From a virus (lineage: Duplodnaviria; Heunggongvirae; Uroviricota; Caudoviricetes), in the IMG/VR virus record IMGVR_UViG_2778261630_000008, positions 1-36,187 of that record: DNA of 36,187 bases; one strand, written 5' to 3'. A program made the translations under genes and the position numbers. Shown here piece after piece: positions 27,849-36,187 of the stretch; within the stretch, counting starts at the first letter, position 1; every line of letters starts with the position of its first letter. A model generated the notes under the pieces. The model did no database searches. It saw only the letters and a list, made by a program, of their open reading frames with translations, and was not told the origin of the DNA.

Positions 27849-28349
27849 TCATTCCAGACGCAGCGAATATGATTGTGTTTTTAACCGTACTGGCGGCAGT
27901 TCCTGTTTTTCATGCAGGCGTTCTGCCAGTTCGTCCGGCGTGACCGGGCGGACAATGAAGCGGTTGATGGTCTGAAGCGTTTTAAACACCAGACCACAGC
28001 CCGGATCCGTGCACACATAAAAACGCTCGGTGACTTCCTGAGACAGACGCCGCGATGTTCTTGACAGTGCAAGGCCTTTACATCTCCGACAACAATATCC
28101 GGTAACAAGCATTCTTTTCGGGCGTTTCATACTGCCGGAGGCCGACGTCAGTGAATCGAGGTATCTCTGTTTGCCTGAAATGTATTCCATTCCTGAATCT
28201 TTACAGTCAGAGAAAAAGCTTTCACTCGCTTCAAATGTCGCAGAGCAATAAATATTCCGGCACTGTGCAATCATTATCTTGGTGCCATCGTCCATGAAAT
28301 GTGCGCGACGGGTGTGAGCAACATGTCCACACGACGGGCAGTAAATCAT
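27849..28349 (-). CDS. delta: Delta late-gene transactivator (duplicated Ogr-type zinc finger)
   Basis: 166 aa with two CxxC...CxxC units (CPSCGH... and CCRRCKG...); start overlaps sid stop. Confidence 0.9.
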   Translation of the reverse strand: MIYCPSCGHVAHTRRAHFMDDGTKIMIAQCRNIYCSATFEASESFFSDCKDSGMEYISGKQRYLDSLTSASGSMKRPKRMLVTGYCCRRCKGLALSRTSRRLSQEVTERFYVCTDPGCGLVFKTLQTINRFIVRPVTPDELAERLHEKQELPPVRLKTQSYSLRLE

Positions 28350-29080
28350 GACAGCAGTCCTCTGGCCTTAAGCTCTGCTCCCTGCTGGTCTATTTTGTCC
28401 TGCCACACCTTGCGCTGTGCCGGTGTGCCTGCCACCTCATAATCCATGTGCGGGAGTGTTGCCGCTGACAGTCCGGTCAGCCGGAGAACCGGCTCGCCGG
28501 TGAGGCTGATTTGCATCTGTTTTATTTTCTGTTCCAGCGATGATTTCACCTGCTGCATGACAGCTTTATCGGGTGCGACGTAGCCCTGATGGCCGGTGGT
28601 GTTGGCGAGCGGATTTTCCTGTACCAGGATGCTCAGATGCATTGCCCGGACAAGCGCCTCACAGGTTTCATTCAGGGCGTGTTCCAGCTCATTCTCTGCA
28701 TACAGACTCAGAAGGTGATGATGTGCCTTCCGGTAGGCGGTGGCCGTGCTGTCACACGCCCCTTTCAGGCGTTCACGTTCAAAATTCAGCACCACGGCCA
28801 GATTGTCATATTCCTGTACCAGCTCCCGGCGTGCCACGCGCTCAATGTGGCGCTGTTTCAGCTCGTCGCTCAGGACACCTCCGGCTGCACGAAAGGCCGT
28901 GCGCCAGTCGTCAGCGTCGTTTCCGTCGGCCTGCGCCAGCGCATTTTTTTCCTGCTCTGCCCGTTCAATAGCCGTGACGGTCTCATCCATCAGGCGGGCG
29001 TTCTCAAGATGAGCGACTCTGGCCTTTTCCAGTTGTGCCAGCGCGGGTTGCAGATATTCAGGGATGGTGTTGTCAGACAT
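28346..29080 (-). CDS. sid: Sid external scaffold (capsid size determination)
   Basis: ORF-track start 29098 is GTG; ATG 29080 with GAGGAG RBS gives 244 aa, the P4 Sid length. Confidence 0.85.
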   Translation of the reverse strand: MSDNTIPEYLQPALAQLEKARVAHLENARLMDETVTAIERAEQEKNALAQADGNDADDWRTAFRAAGGVLSDELKQRHIERVARRELVQEYDNLAVVLNFERERLKGACDSTATAYRKAHHHLLSLYAENELEHALNETCEALVRAMHLSILVQENPLANTTGHQGYVAPDKAVMQQVKSSLEQKIKQMQISLTGEPVLRLTGLSAATLPHMDYEVAGTPAQRKVWQDKIDQQGAELKARGLLS

Positions 29081-29114
29081 TTTCCGGCTCCTCGTCACTT
29101 CAGGTTAAGAAAAT

Positions 29115-29132
29115 TGTGACGTACACCGGACA
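29115..29132. promoter_or_regulatory. TGT-N12-ACA activator site upstream of sid (Psid-type late promoter)
   Basis: TGT 29115..29117, 12 nt, ACA 29130..29132, just upstream of the sid start. Confidence 0.5.
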
Positions 29133-29249
29133 ACAACACGACGCATTGCAGATGTGCCAGCCCTGACACAGGAGACTCATCCTCAGACCGGCAAGCCAGG
29201 AAAAGGTCGCAGGAAAAACCGGCTTACTGTTTGTTTTTTTATATTTTAC

Positions 29250-29363
29250 TGTTCACCTCTGTTCACCATAAGAAAAAAGATAAGTAATACAGTAAGTTAA
29301 ATGGTGAACAATCGCAGTAATGACTGTTCACCGTCTGTTCACCACTGTTCACCACTGTTCACC
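29250..29363. repeat. iteron cluster (TGTTCACC octamers), ori-like
   Basis: Six direct TGTTCACC copies (29250, 29260, 29325, 29336, 29346, 29356) plus one inverted GGTGAACA (29303); this octamer is the alpha-protein binding repeat of P4 ori/crr as I recall it. Confidence 0.7.
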
Positions 29364-29521
29364 CGTTGATGGGCTTTTTGTGCTGTTTATTACTTTTTAT
29401 TTTTATTAATTCACTGAAATAAATAAGAAAAAACAATTTGTATTTCACTATAATTTTTTCCAGCCCCTTCCAGAGCGTTTTAAAGCTATCTGGCGCTGAT
29501 GTGCAAAAAATACACAGCCAT

Positions 29522-29539
29522 TGTAAGACAGCCTGAACA
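29522..29539. promoter_or_regulatory. TGT-N12-ACA activator site upstream of vis (PLL-type promoter)
   Basis: TGT 29522..29524, 12 nt, ACA 29537..29539; ~110 bp upstream of the vis start. Confidence 0.45.
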
Positions 29540-29641
29540 AATCCCCCCTGTTGCGTCTGCTGAAAATATTCACAAAATAAAGCGCTACCCGAAGCCGGAC
29601 GGACTTATCCGGTGCTGTATGGACATTAACGAGGTAGCCCG

Positions 29642-29908
29642 ATGCAAGCTGTTTTTTCTTCCCCGTCTCCCGCTCCTGTAACGCCACTGATTCCGCTGCC
29701 GGACATCACGCAGGAGCGTTTTTTACGTCTGCCGGAAGTGATGCACCTGTGCGGCCTGTCACGCTCGACCATCTATGAACTCATCCGTAAGGGGGAATTT
29801 CCGCCGCAGGTGAGTCTTGGCGGTAAAAATGTGGCCTGGCTGCACTCTGAAGTCACTGCATGGATGGCCGGGCGCATTGCCGGACGCAAACGGGGGTACG
29901 ACGCATGA
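29642..29908 (+). CDS. vis: Vis / AlpA-family excisionase-type regulator
   Basis: 88 aa, the P4 Vis (orf88) length; AlpA-like HTH ([29 protein letters not shown]); GAGG RBS. Confidence 0.8.
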   Translation: MQAVFSSPSPAPVTPLIPLPDITQERFLRLPEVMHLCGLSRSTIYELIRKGEFPPQVSLGGKNVAWLHSEVTAWMAGRIAGRKRGYDA

Positions 29909-30036
29909 TGATGCCTGTTCTGCAAAAACTCCCTTTTTCTGGCTTGCCTTTTTCCGGCATTTGCGGATATAGTTTTTCCGCTGCCGCAAAATCGGCAGCC
30001 GGGCGTGAGAACCCGTGTAACTCGAAGGCGACATAT

Positions 30037-30058
30037 GACGCGCCATGCGTCTTTTTTT
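30037..30058 (+). terminator. short hairpin with T7 tract (candidate attenuator/terminator in the vis-to-orf66 gap)
   Basis: GACGC / GCGTC 5-bp stem (30037..30051) followed by TTTTTTT (30052..30058); weak stem. Confidence 0.35.
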
Positions 30059-30297
30059 GTGTCGCAATCAACGCCACAGAGCGCCAGATTATGGTGTGGC
30101 GTGTGGTTTGCCGTGCAGGTATGATCCTGTTCGCAATCACATGTTATGCCACTGAGTCAATGGTAGCTCAGGCGGGGCAGCCTCCGGGCTGGCCGGTATT
30201 CTTCGAGGCCGGTATTCTCACCCCCGTCTGGGCTATCGCCATCGAGCGTGAGAACTCCGGCGATAGCAGTTATTTGCTACTCGAAGGAGGCTGCCTT

Positions 30298-30495
30298 ATG
30301 GCTACAACCCTTACCCCCTCACACCCTGAATTTGTCTTTGTGTTTGCCGCTGTCCGTCGCGCAGACCGTCATCCCCGTATCTGCATGCTTCGCACCGTCG
30401 CCGGTGATGAACGCAGTGCCCGCCGTTCCCTTGTCCGTGACTATGTGCTCTCCCTTGCTGCCCGTCTGCCGGTGATGGGGGTGTCCCGTGCGTAA
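30298..30495 (+). CDS. small left-operon protein, 66 aa (kil position of P4?)
   Basis: ATG 30298 preceded by GAAGGAGG; the longer upstream extension of this frame looks non-coding and low-complexity. Confidence 0.4.
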   Translation: MATTLTPSHPEFVFVFAAVRRADRHPRICMLRTVAGDERSARRSLVRDYVLSLAARLPVMGVSRA

Positions 30496-30775
30496 TAAAA
30501 AAGCCCCTCAGACCGTCTCAGCGCGTCATGACGCCCGTGAACACCTCAGCATTGAGGCTTACCATAAGCTCAACCGCGCCAGCGCCGTATCCCAGTTTGT
30601 TGGGGGTGATTTGATTCACCGTGAACTCTCCGGCCTGCATCAGCTCTACATTCCGCATATTTTCAGCTACCTGAATGAGGATATTGATTTTGTGCTGAAT
30701 GAGCTGAAAGCCAAAGGCCTGTGCCGTGATTTTCTCGCCCAGCAGAAAGACCGGGGAGACAGGACGCATGTTTGA
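30488..30775 (+). CDS. small left-operon protein, 95 aa (epsilon position of P4?)
   Basis: GTG start overlapping the previous stop; size and order relative to orf151/cnr/alpha match my recollection of P4 epsilon; no sequence-level confirmation. Confidence 0.4.
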   Translation: MRNKKAPQTVSARHDAREHLSIEAYHKLNRASAVSQFVGGDLIHRELSGLHQLYIPHIFSYLNEDIDFVLNELKAKGLCRDFLAQQKDRGDRTHV

Positions 30776-31223
30776 TTTTCCCCAGCCCGGTGAGATTTAC
30801 CGTTCTGCCGGTTTTCCCGATGTGGCCGTGGTCGGCATTCTGGAAGACGGTATTCCGTGGGAAATGCCGTACCGCTGCCCGGACATTGTCTGGAACCCGT
30901 ACCGCCGTAAATTCAGTATCCTTGTGCGTATCCTCGCTGACGGACGCACCACAGACATCCCGCTGGGGCGTTTTCTGCGGGAATTTACCTGTGACCGTCC
31001 TGACCTGTTTAAACGCAGCCCCGTAAACCGGCATGCGGTACTGAAAGAAATGGCCGGAGACCCGGAATTACAGAAATGGCGGGAGAAATATCTGGATATT
31101 TACCCGCAGGCCCCTGTTCCGGTCAGCCGGGCGGCACCGGTGGCGCGGGAATGGCGGGAAATTCCCCGCACGGAGTCTGACCCGGAAATCACCCCGGATA
31201 ACAGTTACCGCAATTATCTGTAA
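30768..31223 (+). CDS. left-operon protein, 151 aa (P4 orf151-like)
   Basis: ATG 30768 ([12 protein letters not shown]...) with GGAG upstream; length and position equal P4 orf151 as recalled. Confidence 0.55.
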   Translation: MFDFPQPGEIYRSAGFPDVAVVGILEDGIPWEMPYRCPDIVWNPYRRKFSILVRILADGRTTDIPLGRFLREFTCDRPDLFKRSPVNRHAVLKEMAGDPELQKWREKYLDIYPQAPVPVSRAAPVAREWREIPRTESDPEITPDNSYRNYL

Positions 31224-31358
31224 TTAAAAAACGACACCCGAAAAATTAAATGTGCGTATTCGCGCAGGGATACGCACGTCTTCAGGAGACGCAGATATGC
31301 CTTATCAGTTAATGCAACCGGCACGGAATGCAGTCATCTGTCACAGGGAGGAAAACAA

Positions 31359-31679
31359 ATGAAAACACCCTTACCGCCCGTCTTACGCGCTGCCCTTTAC
31401 CGTCGCGCTGTCGCCTGTGCCTGGCTGACCGTGTGCGAACGTCAGCACCGCTACCCGCATCTCACCCTTGAGTCACTGGAGGCGGCCATCGCCGCTGAGC
31501 TGGAAGGCTTTTATCTGCGCCAGCACGGTGAGGAAAAAGGGCGTCAGATAGCCTGTGCCCTGCTGGAAGATTTAATGGAATCCGGCCCCCTGAAGGCCGC
31601 GCCGTCGCTGTCCTTTCTCGGGCTGGTTGTGATGGATGAACTCTGTGCCCGTCACATAAAAGCGCCGGTACTGCACTGA
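31359..31679 (+). CDS. left-operon protein, 106 aa (P4 Cnr/orf106-like)
   Basis: ATG with GGGAGGAAAA RBS; 106 aa immediately upstream of alpha. Confidence 0.55.
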
Positions 31680-31693
31680 AGGAGAACAACACC

Positions 31694-34027
31694 ATGAAAA
31701 TGAACGTAACCGCCACCGTCAGCCATGCGCTCGGCCACTGGCCGCGTATTCTCCCGGCGCTGGGGATTCAGGTGCTGAAAAACCGTCATCAGCCCTGTCC
31801 GGTCTGTGGCGGGAGTGACCGCTTCCGTTTTGATGACAGGGAGGGGCGCGGCACCTGGTACTGCAATCAGTGTGGTGCCGGTGACGGCCTGAAACTGGTT
31901 GAAAAGGTGTTTGGTGTTTCCCCGTCCGACGCGGCCGCAAAGGTGGCTGCCGTGACCGGCAGCCTGCCCCCGGCTGACCCGGCAGTGACGACCGCCGCCG
32001 GTGCTGAAACAGACGCTGCCCGGAAGAACGCCGCCGCACTGGCACAAACCCTGATGGCGAAAACCCGTCCCGGAACCGGTAACGCCTACCTGACCCGCAA
32101 GGGCTTTCCCGGCCGGGAATGCCGGATGCTGACCGGCACACACAGAGCCGGTGGCGTGAGCTGGCGCGCCGGTGACCTTGTGGTGCCACTGTATGACGAC
32201 AGCGGCGAACTGGTTAACCTTCAGTTAATCAGCGCTAACGGCCGTAAGCGCACCCTGAAAGGCGGACAGGTCAGGGGCACCTGTCACACCCTTGAAGGAC
32301 AGAATCAGGCCGGAAAACGTCTGTGGATAGCGGAGGGATACGCGACCGCACTTACCGTGCATCACCTGACCGGTGAAACGGTGATGGTGGCGCTTTCTTC
32401 CGTGAACCTCCTTTCTCTGGCCAGCCTTGCCCGGCAGAAGCATCCGGCCTGTCATATTGTCCTTGCTGCTGACCGTGACCTCAGCGGTGACGGCCAGACA
32501 AAAGCCGCCGCAGCCGCAGATGCGTGTGAAGGTGTTGTTGCCCTGCCGCCGGTCTTCGGTGACTGGAATGATGCCTTCACGCAGTACGGCGGGGAAGCCA
32601 CCCGTAAGGCCATTTATGATGCCATCCGGCCACCGGCTGAAAGCCCGTTCGACACCATGAGCGAAGCGGAGTTTTCCGCCATGAGTACCAGCGAAAAGGC
32701 CATGCGTATCTATGAGCATTACGGCGAGGCGCTCGCGGTCGATGCCAACGGCCAGCTTCTGTCCCGCTATGAAAATGGTGTCTGGAAGGTGCTGCCGCCA
32801 CAGGACTTTGCCCGGGATGTGGCCGGGCTGTTTCAGCGTCTGCGCGCGCCGTTCTCCTCCGGGAAGGTGGCCTCCGTGGTGGACACCCTGAAGCTGATTA
32901 TTCCGCAGCAGGAAGCCCCCTCCCGCCGCCTGATTGGCTTTCGTAACGGCGTGCTCGACACGCAGAGCGGCACGTTCCACCCGCACAGTCCGTCACACTG
33001 GATGCGCACCCTGTGCGATGTGGATTTCACCCCGCCGGTGGAAGGGGAAACGCTGGAAACCCACGCCCCCGCGTTCTGGCGCTGGCTTGACCGTGCCGCC
33101 GGTGGTCGTGCGGAAAAACGCGACGTGATTCTGGCCGCACTGTTTATGGTGCTGGCAAACCGCTACGACTGGCAGCTCTTTCTGGAGGTGACCGGCCCCG
33201 GCGGCAGCGGCAAAAGTATCATGGCCGAAATAGCCACCCTGCTGGCCGGTGAGGATAACGCCACGTCGGCCACCATCGAGACGCTGGAATCCCCGCGTGA
33301 ACGTGCCGCGTTAACTGGCTTCTCACTGATACGCCTGCCGGACCAGGAAAAATGGAGCGGCGACGGTGCCGGACTCAAGGCCATCACCGGCGGCGATGCG
33401 GTGTCCGTTGACCCGAAATACCGGGATGCATACTCCACGCATATCCCGGCGGTAATTCTGGCCGTGAACAATAACCCGATGCGCTTCACCGACCGCAGCG
33501 GCGGCGTGTCACGCCGGCGGGTGATTATTCACTTCCCGGAACAGATAGCCCCGCAGGAGCGCGACCCGCAGCTTAAGGACAAAATCACCCGCGAGCTGGC
33601 GGTCATCGTGCGTCACCTGATGCAGAAGTTCAGCGACCCGATGCTCGCCCGGTCACTGCTTCAGTCCCAGCAGAACTCAGACGAGGCGCTGAACATCAAA
33701 CGGGATGCCGACCCGACGTTTGATTTTATCGGCTATCTGGAAACCCTGCCGCAGACCAGCGGCATGTATATGGGGAACGCCAGTATCATCCCGCGCAATT
33801 ACCGTAAATACCTCTATCACGCCTATCTGGCCTACATGGAGGCAAACGGCTACCGGAATGTACTCAGTCTGAAAATGTTCGGGCTGGGGCTGCCGGTGAT
33901 GCTGAAGGAATACGGACTGAATTACGAGAAGCGCCATACCAAACAGGGGATACAGACCAACCTGACGCTGAAAGAGGAAAGCTACGGCGACTGGCTGCCA
34001 AAATGTGACGACCCTGCAACAACCTGA
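31694..34027 (+). CDS. alpha: alpha primase-helicase (zinc-binding N-terminus, primase, SF3-type helicase, iteron-binding C-terminus)
   Basis: 777 aa, the P4 alpha length; CPVCGG...CNQCG zinc motif at the N-terminus, Walker A GPGGSGKS mid-protein; GGAGAA RBS. Confidence 0.95.
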   Translation: MKMNVTATVSHALGHWPRILPALGIQVLKNRHQPCPVCGGSDRFRFDDREGRGTWYCNQCGAGDGLKLVEKVFGVSPSDAAAKVAAVTGSLPPADPAVTTAAGAETDAARKNAAALAQTLMAKTRPGTGNAYLTRKGFPGRECRMLTGTHRAGGVSWRAGDLVVPLYDDSGELVNLQLISANGRKRTLKGGQVRGTCHTLEGQNQAGKRLWIAEGYATALTVHHLTGETVMVALSSVNLLSLASLARQKHPACHIVLAADRDLSGDGQTKAAAAADACEGVVALPPVFGDWNDAFTQYGGEATRKAIYDAIRPPAESPFDTMSEAEFSAMSTSEKAMRIYEHYGEALAVDANGQLLSRYENGVWKVLPPQDFARDVAGLFQRLRAPFSSGKVASVVDTLKLIIPQQEAPSRRLIGFRNGVLDTQSGTFHPHSPSHWMRTLCDVDFTPPVEGETLETHAPAFWRWLDRAAGGRAEKRDVILAALFMVLANRYDWQLFLEVTGPGGSGKSIMAEIATLLAGEDNATSATIETLESPRERAALTGFSLIRLPDQEKWSGDGAGLKAITGGDAVSVDPKYRDAYSTHIPAVILAVNNNPMRFTDRSGGVSRRRVIIHFPEQIAPQERDPQLKDKITRELAVIVRHLMQKFSDPMLARSLLQSQQNSDEALNIKRDADPTFDFIGYLETLPQTSGMYMGNASIIPRNYRKYLYHAYLAYMEANGYRNVLSLKMFGLGLPVMLKEYGLNYEKRHTKQGIQTNLTLKEESYGDWLPKCDDPATT

Positions 34028-34034
34028 CCCACCT

Positions 34035-34059
34035 GACCGGCATCTGCCGGTCTTTTTTT
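34035..34059 (+). terminator. rho-independent terminator of the alpha operon
   Basis: GACCGGC / GCCGGTC stem with ATCT loop followed by TTTTTTT (34053..34059), 8 bp after the alpha stop. Confidence 0.7.
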
Positions 34060-34074
34060 ATCCCTGAATTCCCC

Positions 34075-34375
34075 GAAGGTGAACAATCCACTGTTCACCC
34101 TTCACCGTATATTCACCCGTTATCACACTGAAATTAAAAGAGAAAAATGAAAGGTGAACAGTGTGAACAATCAAATCAAAAAAAACTTTTTTCTCCCTGT
34201 GTGATTTCAGTGCGGGGGATTAATCACCGGTATGAGTCACACCGGCAGAATGCCGGAGGTGAAGAATCGAATGTTCACCCTTCACCCATTATTAACCACC
34301 TATCACTCTGAAATAAAAGGAGAAAATCAAAGGGTGAACAGTGTGAACAGTTCTTTCGAAAAAAAATTTTTTTCC
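34075..34375. repeat. crr-like region: two ~120-bp direct repeats, each carrying GGTGAACA/TGTTCACC octamers
   Basis: Unit 1 ~34075..34195 and unit 2 ~34255..34375, period 180 bp, near-identical; about 4.9 kb from the other iteron cluster, matching the P4 ori/crr arrangement as recalled. Confidence 0.75.
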
Positions 34376-34433
34376 TGTACGATATAGCATCAATCCAAGT
34401 AAAAATGCGCTTTCATTTCACATTAACTTACAG

Positions 34434-34460
34434 CCATTGGTATACGATTAGGTATACGCA
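34434..34460. repeat. arm-type repeat copy at the satellite right end
   Basis: CATTGGTATACGATTAGGTATACGCAC, direct copy of 24031..24053. Confidence 0.4.
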
Positions 34461-34511
34461 CAAAAACTGAATTAAACAAAATCGTTAAAAATCAAAGCAA
34501 TATAATATTTA

Positions 34512-34531
34512 TTCAAACTCCGCCAGCCTCA
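34512..34531. other. degenerate copy of the ssrA 3' core (candidate attR of the satellite)
   Basis: TTCAAACTCCGCCAGCCTCA versus TTCAACTCCCGCCAGCTCCA in the 23875..23919 core; roughly 19 of 23 positions match when two indels are allowed; arm-type repeat ~50 bp to its left. Confidence 0.35.
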
Positions 34532-34654
34532 TGATTGGACGGTGTAAGGACTACACCAACAAAAACAGGAAGTTATAAGTCTCAGCAGGACACCGACCAG
34601 ACGGTGAGGAGACAAAAAAGGATACGCAACGGAGTCGCGACTCCCTATGACATT

Positions 34655-34680
34655 AAAGCCCGCTGATGCGGGCTTTTTTA
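34655..34680. terminator. bidirectional-looking terminator in host intergenic DNA
   Basis: AAAGCCCGC-TGAT-GCGGGCTTTTTT hairpin. Confidence 0.5.
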
Positions 34681-35110
34681 TTGGTCCTGACCCGCCCTGA
34701 ATAGAATTCATCCAATTACAGTCCAGACATATACAGTATCCCTCAGCTCAGTATCAGCTTCTCGACAAATGGTCACTGTTATTTACCCGTTGCCAGAAAG
34801 AGAATAATTTGCTCCCATAGCCAGCCTTCCCGGAATCTGTATATTCATTAATATTGTTATCGATTCCATCAAGTAACATAGGTTGGATGCGATTGATCTT
34901 ACTCACATTAGTCGACACGGAACTCAGTAAGTTGAACTCTGAAAAAGCAGTTTAAATAGCATTTAAACAAATGCCACCAGTTCGAAAAAGAGTATAAGCA
35001 CACTTAATATATTGTTTTAATTATTCATTTCCTTTCAACCCAATTCTTATCCCTCACATTATTTGTTATTAATTTGTTGTTTTTGATCACAATAAGAAAA
35101 CAATATGTAA

Positions 35111-36187
<1,077 letters not shown>

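Larger units (their letters stand above)
23875..34531. mobile_element. P4-like phage satellite, complete, integrated at the ssrA att core
   Basis: int, P2-type cos, psu, delta, sid, vis, alpha and iterons in P4 order; flanked by the att core at 23875..23919 and a degenerate copy at 34512..34531. Confidence 0.85.

Noticed and set aside
29250-29363. CRISPR array (also considered for 34075..34375)
   Set aside because: The repeats are 8-bp octamers at irregular spacing and in both orientations, or two long 120-bp units; no regular repeat-spacer periodicity and no cas genes; they fit replication iterons
29448-29687. 79-aa minus-strand ORF and 60-aa plus-strand ORF (29499..29681) in the sid/vis control region
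   Set aside because: They span the promoter and iteron-adjacent region, have no RBS, and overlap the vis start; likely non-coding
31652-32986. Minus-strand ORFs of 163, 156 and 253 aa inside alpha
   Set aside because: Antisense shadows of the 777-aa alpha gene (GC-rich, Arg/Gly-rich translations)
34529-34711. 60-aa minus-strand ORF in host intergenic DNA
   Set aside because: Spans the 34655..34680 terminator hairpin and has no RBS

Overview
Composite mobile-element array from an Escherichia-like enterobacterial chromosome; all assignments are from reading the sequence and from memory of the P2/186/P4 protein families, with no database search run. (1) 1..~23919: the int-proximal ~24 kb of a P2/186-family temperate prophage: late genes H-I-J-W-V-S-R, lysis cassette, X-L-M-N-O on the minus strand, divergent terminase P and portal Q, cos, a LexA-controlled SOS operon, replication gene A, dam, the cII-apl / cI switch and integrase. 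It ends at a 45-nt copy of the tmRNA (ssrA) 3' end. (2) 23875..~34531: directly abutting it, a complete ~10.6-kb P4-like satellite: integrase, hotspot gene, P2-type cos, psu-delta-sid, vis, small left-operon ORFs, alpha primase-helicase, iteron clusters. (3) 35210..36187: host csiD/glaH. Three AT-rich cargo loci that I cannot assign to any named system sit at classic accessory positions: two genes flanking the prophage cos (232 aa and 433 aa), a membrane-anchored 309-aa gene between int and att, and a ~528-aa satellite gene split by a G10 homopolymer. Several ORF-track starts are GTG/TTG; I re-picked starts where an ATG or GTG with a Shine-Dalgarno was visible.
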